A stretch of 64,000 nucleotides of DNA from Nitrospirales bacterium (GCA_963555755.3 OY820905.2:320001-384000), one strand, 5' to 3'; counted from the stretch's first letter, positions 40,156 through 52,678 are shown. Numbers and translations: made by a program. Notes: generated by a model from the sequence alone, not told the origin.

Positions 40156-41624
40156 CAATACTGTTCACTTAGATGAAAATCTGTTATGCTTCGCCTCCAC
40201 ACGTAATCTGGGAGGAGGCAACATGGCAAGAAAGAAAGTCGGCTTGGGGGCGGGGGCTCGATTGGCGGATTATTTGAGCACGGGATTACTGGCTCGTGCC
40301 TTTCCGGTGGCCATCATCAACGAAGAACTTGACGCACATCATTGTAACAGTGAACGTGTCCGCACCTTTCCCGCTTCTGCCGTGGTGTACTACACCATGG
40401 CGTTGAGCTTATACAGCGAGGCCGCGTACGAAGCGGTGTTTGCCGCTGTGGCCCAAGGGCTGGCCTGGCAAGACCAGCAACCTGTGGCTCCCGTGAGCGT
40501 TGTCAAATCCGCCATCAGCAAAGCCCGCTCACGGCTGACGTGGCAGGCGCTGAAAGCCATTGGGCAGCGCTGCTTGCGCCCGTTGGCTCGTCCAGAGCAT
40601 GCCCACGCCTTTTTTGCAGGCTACCGACTCGTCGCGATAGATGGCTCCAACTTTGAGGTCCCGGATGAGGAAGCCACTGTGCAAGCCTTTGGGTACCCAG
40701 GGAGCCGAACCGGGCAGGCCGGCTACCCCCAAGCCCAGTGCGCCATTTTGACGGAATGTGCCAGTCACGCCATTTTGGATGCCGAACTAGGGGCCTATAA
40801 GCAGGCCGAATGGGAGGTGGCCGCGCCCTTGGTGCGTCGCCTCACGCCCGACATGCTCTGCATGGCCGATCGCGGCTTTGTCGGGTACGCCCATTGGCAG
40901 GCCGGCCTTCAGACCGGAGCGCAACTGCTCTGGCGCATGCCGAAGCACTTGCTCCTTCCGGTTGACAAGCTGTTGGACGATGGCTCGTACCTGAGCCGTC
41001 TGTACCCCAGTGAACGCGCCAGAAGAAAGCGAATCGATGGGATCGCCCTCAGGGTGATTGAGTATGTCTTACCGCAGGGGCCCAATAGCGAACCGCTGTA
41101 CCGTCTCGTCACCACGCTGCTGGATGACCAAGGCGCACCCGCCCAGGACCTGGCTCAACTGTATCACGAGCGCTGGGAGGTGGAATTGGTGTTTGATGAG
41201 CTGAAGACGCACCTGGGGCAACGTCGTCGCGTCCTGCGCAGTAAAACGCCAGAGTTGGTGCGTCAAGAGTTCTACGGATGGGTGATGGCCCACTACGCCG
41301 TGCGCTGGTTGATGTATCAAGGGGCCACCCAGGCAGACATCCCGGACCGCACAGTATCTTTTACGGCCACGGTGCAGTTAGTGCGTCGAACCCTGCCCCA
41401 ATCTGGGGCCCTTCCCCCCTGAGCGCCAAAAAACATGGTATCGGCTGCTGTTTGAGGCGACGGCAAAACTGTTGTGTGAATCCAGCCGGGGAAAAATCAA
41501 GCCGAGGATGGTGAAACGCCGAAACTCTCCATACGCACCGTACAAACGCCCGAGACCGCCCGTTGCGCAAATGGACTGGACACCATCCATCAAACCACCG
41601 AAGATATCTAAGTGAACAGTATTG
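40156..41624 (+). mobile_element. IS4-family IS, copy 1 (transposase 40223-41422)
   Basis: 19-bp IR CAATACTGTTCACTTAGAT; TSD AGACCTAACC; AIDGS, ADRGF and YHERWEVELVFDELK motifs. Confidence 0.93.
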
Positions 41625-41676
41625 AGACCTAACCCCAAACCTGACCCCCAACCATGTGGCATTGCAAGACCTGACC

Positions 41677-43145
41677 CAATACTGTTCACTTAGATGAAAA
41701 TCTGTTATACTTCGCCTCCACACGTAATCTGGGAGGAGGCAACATGGCAAGAAAGAAAGTCGGCTTGGGGGCGGGGGCTCGATTGGCGGATTATTTGAGC
41801 ACGGGATTACTGGCTCGTGCCTTTCCGGTGGCCATCATCAACGAAGAACTTGACGCACATCATTGTAACAGTGAACGTGTCCGCACCTTTCCCGCTTCTG
41901 CCGTGGTGTACTACACCATGGCGTTGAGCTTATACAGCGAGGCCGCGTACGAAGCGGTGTTTGCCGCTGTGGCCCAAGGGCTGGCATGGAAAGACCACAA
42001 ACCCGTTGCTCCCGTGACCGTTGTCAAATCAGCCATCAGCAAAGCCCGCTCACGGCTGACGTGGCAGGCGCTGAAAGCCATTGGACAGCGCTGCTTGCGC
42101 CCGTTGGCTCGTCCAGAGCATGCCCACGCCTTTTTTGCAGGCTACCGACTCGTCGCGATAGATGGCTCCAACTTTGAGGTCCCGGATGAGGAAGCCAATG
42201 TGCAAGCCTTTGGGTACCCAGGGAGCCGAACCGGGCAGGCCGGCTACCCCCAAGCCCAGTGCGCCATTTTGACGGAATGTGCCAGTCACGCCATTTTGGA
42301 TGCCGAACTAGGGGCCTATAAGCAGGCCGAATGGGAGGTGGCCGCGCCCTTGGTGCGTCGCCTCACGCCCGACATGCTCTGCATGGCCGATCGCGGCTTT
42401 GTCGGGTACGCCCATTGGCAGGCCGGCCTTCAGACCGGAGCGCAACTACTCTGGCGCATGCCGAAGAGCTTGATCCTTCCAGTTGACAAGCTGTTGGACG
42501 ATGGCTCGTACCTGAGCCATCTGTATCCCAGTGAACGCGCCAGAAGAAAGCGAATTGATGGGATCGCCATCAGGGTGATTGAGTATGTCTTACCGCAGGG
42601 GCCCAATAGCGAACCGCTGTACCGTCTCGTCACCACGCTGCTGGATGACCAAGGCGCACCCGCCCAGGACCTGGCTCAACTGTATCACGAGCGCTGGGAG
42701 GTGGAATTGGTGTTTGATGAGCTGAAGACGCACCTGAGGCAACGTCGTCGCGTCCTGCGCAGTAAAACGCCAGAGTTGGTGCGTCAAGAGTTCTACGGAT
42801 GGGTGATGGCCCACTACGCCGTGCGCTGGTTGATGTATCAAGGGGCCACCCAGGCAGACATCCCTGACCGCACGGTATCTTTTACGGCCACGGTGCAGTT
42901 AGTGCGTCGAACCCTGCCCCAATCTGGGGCCCTTCCCCCCTGAGCGCCAAAAAACATGGTATCGGCTGCTGTTTGAGGCGACGGCGAAACTGTTGTGTGA
43001 ATCCAGTCGTGGAAAAATCAAGCCGAGGATGGTGAAACGCCGAAACTCTCCATACGCACCGTACAAACGTCCGAGACCGCCCGTTGCGCAAATTGACTGG
43101 ACACCATCCATCAAACCACCGAAGATATCTAAGTGAACAGTATTG
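41677..43145 (+). mobile_element. IS4-family IS, copy 2 (transposase 41744-42943)
   Basis: Same IR; TSD AGACCTGACC. Confidence 0.93.
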
Positions 43146-43407
43146 AGACCTGACCCCCAACCTGACCCCCAACCCCGAGACGTTCACCGTGGAAGGGTAC
43201 AACAGCTTGTTTCGACATTTTCTGGCACGCTTCCGTCGCAAAACGAAATGTGAGAGCAACAGCGAAACCATGTTGCGGTATTCGGTCATGCTGTTGATGG
43301 CCCAATGGAACGGCGAGCTAGGATATATCTTAAATTAACAATGCCATATTCTGTATGATCCATCTTTTCTTTGTATGGTGATATAAACCCTTAGTTAATT
43401 GTATAAA

Positions 43408-43436
43408 TTGACTTAATTGAAGTGATATATTATTGT
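43408..43436 (+). promoter_or_regulatory. Candidate sigma-70 promoter in an AT-rich tract
   Basis: TTGACT-17-TATTGT. Confidence 0.4.
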
Positions 43437-43733
43437 AAGAGTATATTACTCTATTTGTAATTGAATTGGGGCATATACGCTCATGTTAAATGTACCGTTA
43501 ACCTAGGGAGTACCTGCAAAGCCGTTTCAGCGTTCGAGGGCCTCTTCCGTACTTCTCGTCAAGTAACGCGTAGGGCCGAAACTGGCCACCTTCCCCTTCC
43601 CCTTTCTCTACAACGCGGGTTTCTGACACATCTCCGAAAGGCATACAGCCTGATGGAGATCATCGTCAGCGTGTGGTCACAGGATGACATGAACCTAAGG
43701 ATCGAGCGATCCCAGACACCTAAAGGAGAATCT

Positions 43734-46562
43734 ATGACCATCACCCATCACCCGATCTTATCCTTCTGTCCCATCCTAAGGGGCGTGAGTCGTCGCCCCT
43801 GGTGGGGGCTGCTTGGAGGCATCCTGCTGCTGCTGTGTACCGGCCTGAGTCTCCCCGACCAAGTCCTGGCCCAATCGGCTTCGCTCAGCGCGGGGGGCTA
43901 CCACACCTGTGCCCTGGGAGCCGACGGAACGATCTCTTGCTGGGGGAATGATTACTACGACCAAACGATTGTGCCGACCGGGCTCGTTGCCGCGGCCGTC
44001 AGCGCGGGCCGCAACTACACCTGTGCCCTGAAGGCCGACGGGACGATCTCCTGCTGGGGGAATAATGACTTCGACCAAACTGACATACCAGGCGGGCTCG
44101 GGCCCGCCATGGCGGTCACCACCGGCGACTTTCACACCTGTGCCCTGGGGGCTGACGGGACGGTCACTTGCTGGGGGCAGGATAACAACGGCCAAACGAC
44201 GGGCGTGCCCGACGACCTCGTCGCCACAGCCGTCAGCCTGGGTCTCCACCACACCTGTGCCCTGGAAGCCGCCGGAACGGTCTCCTGTTGGGGGGATGAA
44301 TACTTCGAACAAACGTGGGTGCCGGACGGGCTCGGACCCGCCACGGCCGTCAGCGCGGGCGAATCCCACACCTGTGCCCTAGGAGCCGACGGGACGGTCA
44401 CCTGCTGGGGGCATGATCAATTCGGCCAAACGACGGTGCCGAACGAAATAAAGGATAAGCTTGACCCGAGTTTTATGGGGGCCATGGCGGTTAGCGCGGG
44501 CGGGCGTCACACCTGTGCCCTGAGGGTCGACGGGACGGTCATCTGCTGGGGAGACAATCGTGAAGGCCAAACGGACGATGGGCCGGCCGGGCTCGTTGCC
44601 ACGGCCATCAGTGCGGGCGAATCCCACACCTGTGCCCTGGAAGTCGGTGGAGGGGTCATCTGCTGGGGATACAATGGCTCTGGCCAAACGAATGTGCCGG
44701 GTGACCTCGTCGTCACGCTGGACGCCATTACCGTCACACCAGAGAATCCCACAATCGCCGTGGGGGCCACCCAAGCCATGACGGCTACTGGAACCTTTAG
44801 TGATGGGAATACCGCTGACCTCATGTCCAGCCTTCCCTTGCGGGCTACGGCGCTCAGCGCGGCTGGGGGTCACACCTGTGCCCTGGGCGCCGACGGGACG
44901 GCGAGCTGCTGGGGGTTGAATGATGGCGGTCAAATAAACGTCCCGGACGAGCTCGGGCCTGTCAAGGCGATCAGCGCCGGAGGCTTTCACAGCTGTGTCC
45001 TAAAGGCCGACGGGACCGTCTCCTGCTGGGGAGCCAATGCTGACGGACAACTAGAGGTACCGAACGAGCTCGGGCCTGTCAAGGCGATCAGCGCCGGAGC
45101 CTTTCACACCTGTGCCCTAAAGACTGACGGGCCTGTTACCTGCTGGGGGCGGAATGGGGATGGCCAAACAGATGTGCCAATAACCCTCGGACCCGCCATA
45201 GCCGTCAGCGCCGGAACCTTCTCCACCTGTGCCATGGAGGCTGATGGGATGGTCATCTGTTGGGGGCTGAATGACGAAGGCCAAACAGATGTGCCGAACG
45301 AGCTGGGACCCTTCAGAGCGATCAGCGCAAGCGTGTCAAACGCGTATTACTGTGCCCTTGGGCCAGACGGGAGCGTGACCTGCTGGGGAAATAATAATTA
45401 CGACCAAACTGATGTACCCCTCAACCTCGGCCCCGTCACGGCAATTGGCGCAGGCGGCGCACACAGCTGTGCCCTAAAGGCCGACGGGACCGTCTCCTGC
45501 TGGGGAGCCAATTTCAACAATCAGTTGAATGTGCCAGCCGGACTCGGCCCCGTGAGGGCGCTCAGCGCGGCTGCGGGTCACAGCTGTGCCCTAACAGTCG
45601 ACGGGACCGTCTCCTGCTGGGGGTTCAATCTCTACGGCTCATTGGACATCCCCGTGTCTCGCCCCACTTGGGAAAGTTCGGATCTGGTTGTGGCCACCAT
45701 CGACGAGACCGGGCTTGCCACGGGCATGGCGGTAGGCACCACCACCCTGTCCGCGAACCTGTTCGGCGTGTCGGGGCAGATTTCCTTGACGGTGGAGGAT
45801 CCAACCCCGCCGGAGATTACGCCCTTGGTCACCGGCACGCACGGCACGGATGTCTCCATCGGGCAGACGTTCGGGTGGTATACCTCCGACGTCACGGTGA
45901 CCTGGGAGGTGAGTGATCCCGAGTCGACCATTACGGAACAACTTGGCTGTAACGAAACTATCATCAGTGCGGATACGGATGCCGCCGGCGTGACCGTCAC
46001 CTGTACGGCCCAATCGGCCGGCGGGGCGCGTTCCGTTACCGTGACGATTCTGAAGGACAGCACCCTGGCGACGGTGAGTCTGCTGACGCCCCCCGATGGG
46101 GCCACATATGTGGTGACACAACCCGTGGTGGCCGAGTGGAGTGTGAGTGATGCCAGTCCCGGCTCGGGAGTGAGTACCTCTACTGGGACGGTACCAAGTG
46201 GCCAGTTGATTGATACCACCACGGTGGGGGACCAAACCTTTACCGTTGAAGTTACGGATGGGGCCGGACTCATGACCACGGTGACGCATCAGTATACGGT
46301 CGTCACGCCAGTGGAGGCCCTGGCCACCTTCGTGGGCCACGTGCAGAGCCTGGGCCTGCCGCATGGCCTCACGAACAGCCTGGTCAAAAAGCTGGAGAAT
46401 GCCAGCCAGGATCTCGACAACGACGATCCTGCTCGGGCTGCGGGGAAACTCCAATCGTTCATAAAGGCGGTGAATAGGCAAACGGGGAAGAAGATTGCCC
46501 CCGACGATGCGGCAGCCTTGATTGCGCAGGCGCAAATTATCCTGGCCGCGATCATTCCGTAA
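43734..46562 (+). CDS. Secreted RCC1-repeat beta-propeller protein with Ig-like domains and a helical C-terminal domain
   Basis: RBS AAGGAG; two blocks of SAGxxHTCAL..DGTVxCWG repeats. Confidence 0.85.
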   Translation: MTITHHPILSFCPILRGVSRRPWWGLLGGILLLLCTGLSLPDQVLAQSASLSAGGYHTCALGADGTISCWGNDYYDQTIVPTGLVAAAVSAGRNYTCALKADGTISCWGNNDFDQTDIPGGLGPAMAVTTGDFHTCALGADGTVTCWGQDNNGQTTGVPDDLVATAVSLGLHHTCALEAAGTVSCWGDEYFEQTWVPDGLGPATAVSAGESHTCALGADGTVTCWGHDQFGQTTVPNEIKDKLDPSFMGAMAVSAGGRHTCALRVDGTVICWGDNREGQTDDGPAGLVATAISAGESHTCALEVGGGVICWGYNGSGQTNVPGDLVVTLDAITVTPENPTIAVGATQAMTATGTFSDGNTADLMSSLPLRATALSAAGGHTCALGADGTASCWGLNDGGQINVPDELGPVKAISAGGFHSCVLKADGTVSCWGANADGQLEVPNELGPVKAISAGAFHTCALKTDGPVTCWGRNGDGQTDVPITLGPAIAVSAGTFSTCAMEADGMVICWGLNDEGQTDVPNELGPFRAISASVSNAYYCALGPDGSVTCWGNNNYDQTDVPLNLGPVTAIGAGGAHSCALKADGTVSCWGANFNNQLNVPAGLGPVRALSAAAGHSCALTVDGTVSCWGFNLYGSLDIPVSRPTWESSDLVVATIDETGLATGMAVGTTTLSANLFGVSGQISLTVEDPTPPEITPLVTGTHGTDVSIGQTFGWYTSDVTVTWEVSDPESTITEQLGCNETIISADTDAAGVTVTCTAQSAGGARSVTVTILKDSTLATVSLLTPPDGATYVVTQPVVAEWSVSDASPGSGVSTSTGTVPSGQLIDTTTVGDQTFTVEVTDGAGLMTTVTHQYTVVTPVEALATFVGHVQSLGLPHGLTNSLVKKLENASQDLDNDDPARAAGKLQSFIKAVNRQTGKKIAPDDAAALIAQAQIILAAIIP

Positions 46563-46579
46563 CCGGCACCGCTTCCTCA

Positions 46580-46610
46580 GGGGAGAGGCCACGACTCGTG
46601 GCCTCTCCCC
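46580..46610 (+). terminator. 14-bp GC-rich hairpin after the RCC1 gene
   Basis: GGGGAGAGGCCACG/CGTGGCCTCTCCCC; no U-tract. Confidence 0.4.
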
Positions 46611-46750
46611 ATGAATCAAGGGGACCGTTAGAAGAAGCCGTATCAACCAACCCCTCGCGAATAACGCTGGGGGAACACCAGCAAGCCAGCGCGTGGCCCC
46701 ATTAATGAACCTGAGGATCGAGCGATCCCAGACAATTATTAGGAGAATCT

Positions 46751-49700
46751 ATGACCATCACCCAACACCCGACCTTATCCTTCTGTCCCATCGTAAGGGA
46801 CCTCTGTCGTCGCCCCTGGTGGGGGCTGCTGGGGGGCATCCTGCTGCTCCTGCTCGGCAGCCTGAGCCTGCCCGACCAGGTCCAAGCCCAATCGGCTTCG
46901 GTCAGCACGGGCGGCTACCACACCTGTGCCCTGGGGGTCGACGGGACGGTCACCTGCTGGGGGAAGAATACCGACGGCCAAACGACGGTGCCGACCAACC
47001 TCGGGCCCGCCAAGGCGGTCAGCGCGGGCCGCTACCACACCTGTGCCCTGGGGGCTGACGGGGCGGTCACCTGCTGGGGGTGGAATATCAACGGCCAAAC
47101 GACGGTGCCGGACGGACTCGTCGCCACGGCGATCAGCACGCGCTACTACCACACCTGTGCCCTGGGGGCCGACGGGACGGTCACCTGCTGGGGGTTGAAT
47201 GACAGCGGCCAAACGACGGTGCCGGACGGACTCGTCGCCACGGCCGTCAGCGCGGGTGGCGACCACACCTGTGCCCTGGGGACCACCGGGACGGTCACCT
47301 GCTGGGGGGGGAATTTTTCCGGCCAAAGGACGGTGCCGGACGGACTCGTCGCCACGGCCGTCAGCGCGGGCCTCACCCACACCTGTGCCCTAGGAGCCGA
47401 CGGGACGGTCACCTGCTGGGGGCGGAATACTTACGGCCAAACGACGGTGCCGGACGGGCTCGTCGCCATGGCCGTCAGCGTGGGCCGCACGCACACCTGT
47501 GCCCTGGGGGTTGACGGGACGGTCACCTGCTGGGGGTCGAATACCTACGACCAAAGGGATGTGCCGTACGGACTCGAGCTCGCCACGGCGGTCAGCGCGG
47601 GAGAATACCACACCTGTGCCCTGGGGACCGACGGGACGGTCACCTGCTGGGGGTACAATAACGACGGCCAAACGACGGTGCCGTCCGAACTCGTCGTCAC
47701 GCTCGACACCATTGCCGTCACACCAATGGATCCCATCATCGACGCGGGGGCAACCCAAGCCATGAATGCCACCGGGACCTTTAGTGATGGGATGGAGGCC
47801 GATCTTACCCCTGGACTCCCCATCCTGACCACAAGGGCCAGCGAGGGAAGGGACCACACCTGTGCCCTGAGGGCTGACGGGACGGTCACCTGTTGGGGAT
47901 CTAATAGCGACGGCCAAACGATGGTGCCAACCGGACTCGGGCCCGCCACGGCGGTCAGCGCGGGGGGCGCCCACACCTGTGCCCGTGGGGCTGACGGGAC
48001 GGTCACCTGTTGGGGATCTGATAGCGACGGCCAAAAGAATGATGTCCCATTCGGCCTTGTCGCCAGGGCAATCAGCGCGGGCGACGCCCACACCTGTGCC
48101 CTAGGGGCTGACGGGACGATCAGCTGCTGGGGGAATGATACCTTCGAGCAAACGACGGGGCCGGACGGGTTCGTCGCCTCGGTGGTCAGCGCGGGCGGCG
48201 GCCACACCTGTGCCCTAGGGGCTGACGGGACGATCAGCTGCTGGGGGAATGATACCTTCGGGCAAACGACGGGGCCGGCCGGGTTCGTCGCCTCGGCGGT
48301 CAGCGCGGGCGGCGCCCACACCTGTGCCCGTGAGGCTGACGGGACGGTCACCTGTTGGGGATCTAATAGCGACGGCCAATCGGATGATGCCCCAGCCGGC
48401 CTTGTCGCCACGGCGGTCAGCGCGGGGGGCGCCCACACCTGTGCCTTGGAGGCCGACGGGACGGTCACCTGCTGGGGGCGGAATAATGACGGCCAATCGG
48501 TGTTGCCGGACCAGCTCGGGCCCTTCACGGCCGTCAGCGCGGGCTACGAACACACCTGCGCCCTGAGGGGTGACGGGACGGTCACCTGCCGGGGGAATAA
48601 TGCCTACGGCCAAACGGAAGAGGCCGTGGATCGCCCTACTTGGGGGAGCACAGATCTGGCCGTGGGGACCATCGACGCTAATGGCCTCGCCACTGGCGTG
48701 GCGGGGGGCACCACCGACCTGTGGGCGGACCTGTTCGACGTGTCGGGGCTGACCACGTTGACGGTGGTGGCTGGGGAGGATACGGTGCCCCCCGTGGTGA
48801 CGGCCCCTTCGTCGATTACGGTCGAAGCCGTGGATAGCGACGGAACGCCCGCTACCAATTCAATCATTGACACATTCCTGGGCGCCGCCACGGCTACCGA
48901 TGAGGTGGACGGGCCGTTGCCCACAACCAATGATGCGCCGGCGAATTTCCGGCTTGGCATCACCACGGTCACGTTTATCGCGACGGATGCGGCAGGGAAC
49001 ACGGGCAGCGACACCTCAACCGTGACGGTGGCCGACACCACCCTGCCCGTGATCACCTTGCTGGGGGCCTCCTCAGTGACGGTGGAAGTGGGCAGTCTCT
49101 ACGATGCGAGCGTGGATGCGGGGGCGACGGCCGCGGATACGGTGGATGGGGATCTCACGGGCAGCCTCGTGACTGGCGGCCTGCCGGTGGACACGAGTGC
49201 GACGGGGACCTTCCAGGTCACCTATGACGTTTCGGACCAGGCCGGCAACCCCGCCACGCAGGTGACCCGCACGGTCCATGTCGTGGACACCACCCTGCCC
49301 GTGATCACCTTGCTGGGGGCCTCCTCAGTGACGGTGGAAGTGGGCAGCCCGTATACGGATGCCGGGGCGACGGCCGCGGATACGGTGGATGGGGATCTCA
49401 CGGGCAGCCTCGTGACTGGCGGCCTGCCGGTGGACACGAGTGCGACGGGGACCTTCCAGGTCACCTATGACGTTTCGGACCAGGCCGGCAACCCCGCCAC
49501 GCAGGTGACCCGCACGGTCCATGTCGTGGACACCACCCTGCCCGTGATCACCTTGCTGGGGGCCTCCTCAGTGACGGTGGAAGTGGGCAGCCCGTATACG
49601 GATGCCGGGGCGACGGCCGCGGATACGGTGGATGGGGATCTCACGGGCAGCCTCGTGACTGGCGGCCTGCCGGTGGACACGAGTGCGACGGGGACCTTCC

Positions 49701-51119
49701 AGGTCACCTATGACGTTTCGGACCAGGCCGGCAACCCCGCCACGCAGGTGACCCGCACGGTCCATGTCGTGGATACCACGCCACCCGTGATTACGTTGGT
49801 GGGCACCAGCCCGGTGACGGTGGAAGTGGGCAGCCCGTATACGGATGCCGGGGCGACGGCCGCGGATACGGTGGATGGGGATCTCACGGGCAGCCTCGTG
49901 ACTGGCGGCCTTGGACACGAGTGCGACGGGGACCTTCCAGGTCACCTATGACGTTTCGGACCAGGCCGGCAACCCCGCCACGCAGGTGACCCGCATGGTG
50001 ACGGTGATGAATACCCCCCCCGTGGTCACCAGTCTCTCGTTAAATTCCGCCTCTATCAATGAGAATGACAGCGTGACGCTCGTTGGACATTTTGCCGACC
50101 CGACGAGCATTGATAGCCACACAGTAAGCATCACCTGGGGAGAGGGGTTACCCATTACAGTCGTGAATCTTCCTCCGGGCTTGCGAACATTCCAGGTCGT
50201 GCATCAATACCTCGATGATGTACCGACCCATACGCCGCTGGATAGTTCTCTCATTCAGGTAGCGGTGACCGATTCGCAAGGAGGTGTTGGAGGGAATTCC
50301 ACGAATATTGTCGTAAACAATGTAGCGCCGGTGATTCCAGTAGATGGAATTAGTGGACCGGTTGGGCCCATTGCGTTAGGGGTGGCAGCCCTTGTGACGG
50401 CAACCTTTAATGATGTGGGTAGTTTGGACACGCATACGTGTACATTTTCTTGGGGTGATGGCACGGCAGATGACGTCGTGGCGCTAGTTGGGACAGGCAA
50501 TACGTCATGTGCCGCGTCGCACCCCTATGCTGGTCCCGGCATCTATCAAGTCACCACCACCGTGGAGGATGATGACACGGGGACGGTCAGTCGCCCCTTT
50601 GACTTTGTGGTGGTTTACGATCCGGATGGCGGGTTTGTCACCGGTGGAGGATTCATTGATAGCCCAAGAGGCGCTTATCAGCCCGATCCAACGTTGACCG
50701 GCAAGGCGAATTTTAGTTTTGTGTCGAAGTATAAAAAAGGGGCTAAGATTCCGACCGGCAATACGCAATTTCACTTTAAAGCGGCAAGCGTTAATTTCCA
50801 CAGCTCCAACTATGAATGGTTAGTCGTGGCGGGCGCGAAAGCGCAATTTAAGGGCTCTGGAAAGGTCAATGGGCACTTCGGGTCGGATGGGGTGAGTGGA
50901 TACGGGTTCCTGTTAACCGCCACGGATGGGCAACGAGCGGGCGGTGGCGGCGTTGATAAGTTCCGTATCAAAGTGGTGGACAAGGCCACCGATACCGTTG
51001 TGTACGACAATAATACGAGTGGGTCAGACGATATTGATGCCGCCAACCCCCAGGAAATTAGCGGGGGCAGTATTGTCATTCATACGAAGAAACATACGAA
51101 GAAACAAACGAAGAGATAA
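46751..51119 (+). pseudogene. Second RCC1-repeat protein with HYR/DUF5011-like and PKD-like domains, frameshifted near 49911
   Basis: ORFs 46751-49951 and 49911-51119 join if the 5 bp GCCGG present in the other repeat units is restored. Confidence 0.8.
49034..49995 (+). repeat. Four tandem ~243-bp Ig-like domain repeats
   Basis: Units start at 49034, 49286, 49529 and 49772; near-identical. Confidence 0.9.
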
Positions 51120-51269
51120 CCGAATATTCCCACCAAGGAGCCCATCCAAGATGACCGATCGTCACGAGGTTGAGCTGGTTGGAGTCAGATTGTTCGATCG
51201 TGTGGGGCGAGTGGGGACTATTGAACGACAAGGATCGGACAATCTGGCCAAATCCATGGGGGATACGAC

Positions 51270-51715
51270 AGACGCAGGCGAGTCCGTCACCTGTACGGCC
51301 CACTCGGCCGGCGAGGAGAGCTCGGTCACCGTGACGATTTTGAAAGACAGCACCCCGCCGGCGGTGAGTCTGGTGACGCCCCACGAGGAGTGGGCCACCT
51401 ATGTGGTGGCACAACAGGTGTTGGCCGAGTGGAGCGTGAGTGATACCATCCCCGGCTCGGCGCTAAGCACTTCCAGAGGGACGGAATCGAATGGCGACCC
51501 GCTGGATACGGCCACGGTGGGGGACAAGGATTTTACCGTCGAGGCCACGGATGGGGCCGGATTCATGACCACGGTGACGCATCAGTATAAGGTGATTTCG
51601 CCCGTGCAGGCCCTGGCCACCTGTATCGGCCAAGTACAGAGGTTGGGCCTCCCGAGAGGGATCACGACCAGTCTGGTCAAGAAGTGTGAGAATGCCAGCA
51701 AGGATCTCGACGGAG
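51270..51715 (+). pseudogene. Degenerate copy of the 3' part of gene 43734-46562
   Basis: VTCTAHSAG..VTVTILKDST...GLPRGITTSLVKK aligns with ~45990-46420. Confidence 0.75.
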
Positions 51716-51972
51716 CGGCTGTCACGCGGGAGCACGAAGAGACAGAGCTGGCCCCGTCAAGGGAGACTGGCGATGAAGCCAAACCGTGGACAGATCAAGA
51801 TGAGGAGAATCAACGGCTGCGAAGAGCTGCCCGCGATCATCAAGCAGCGCGAGGGCGCGAAGAGATACCATTCACCAAACCGACGCTAAGAGGACTACGC
51901 CTGGGTCGAATTCCTACGAGAAATAGGGACACATCCGGTCGTGGCGGCGAGCAAGAGAAAGGACAAATCATC

Positions 51973-52515
51973 ATGCATCATTGGAGAATTGAGCTTCGTT
52001 CGAGGAGTATCTGGGGGCTGAGATGTGTGGCCCTGCTGTTGGCGGGGCTAGCAATGGCCACAGCGGCCGACCCGGCCCTCGCGGCCTCCCCTAAGGAATA
52101 TAACGTAGCCAAGATGAGGTACGAGAACAAAGGAGGCTACACCGCCAAGGTGTACGCCGTCTTCAAGCACACAAAGGGCAGCAAGACGATGCGGTGCAAA
52201 GTGGAGCGCGGCCCCCGCGACTCGGCCGTAGTCGCAGCAGACGAAGCTGTTACATACAGAATGAACACAAACGGCCCATGGCAGGCAGACTCGGGCAATC
52301 CATCCGCCTGCCCTGACAGTCCGAACGCTGGGGCTGAAGTATGGCTGCAGATTCACATTGTGAATGGCGATGTGGAGAGCTGCCGAAAAAACGGGGCCAG
52401 ATACTTCTACTCCGCGAACGGCGGCACCGTCAGGTACGTGACCAAGGGCACCACGCTGAACAACAATCGCTGTCGGAACGACAGCCCCGCGGAGAGCTAC
52501 AGAATAGACAACTAG
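51973..52515 (+). CDS. Secreted Cys-rich family 1 protein (GTTL family)
   Basis: RBS GAAAGGA; YENKGGYT, EVWL, ESCRK and KGTTLNNNRCR motifs. Confidence 0.75.
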   Translation: MHHWRIELRSRSIWGLRCVALLLAGLAMATAADPALAASPKEYNVAKMRYENKGGYTAKVYAVFKHTKGSKTMRCKVERGPRDSAVVAADEAVTYRMNTNGPWQADSGNPSACPDSPNAGAEVWLQIHIVNGDVESCRKNGARYFYSANGGTVRYVTKGTTLNNNRCRNDSPAESYRIDN

Positions 52516-52597
52516 GCCCTGTGAAAGCGAAAGTGTAGTTTGGTGCCATTTGGTTTCAGTCTTCGAGACCGACAGGTGCCGCGAGCGCCGGTTCACC

Positions 52598-52678
52598 CTA
52601 GGCCGCCTCCGGGAGAGGAATACGCTCGTCCATGTCGAGTTCGAAGAGCCCATAGGGGTTGACGTGGCTGTAGATCGG
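52598..52678 (-). pseudogene. Tn3-family transposase C-terminal remnant
   Basis: Hand translation gives IYSHVNPYGLFELDMDERIPLPEAA*. Confidence 0.65.

Noticed and set aside
43490..43600. c-di-GMP-I riboswitch (GCAAAGCC motif)
   Set aside because: The upstream GGCAAA stem with GNRA loop and the tetraloop receptor are not recognisable.
43776..49945. Long antisense ORFs over the RCC1 genes
   Set aside because: Shadow frames of GC-rich repetitive coding sequence.
50926..52515. 529-aa ORF as one gene
   Set aside because: It is a chance in-frame run through a degenerate RCC1-tail copy into a real gene with its own RBS at 51973.
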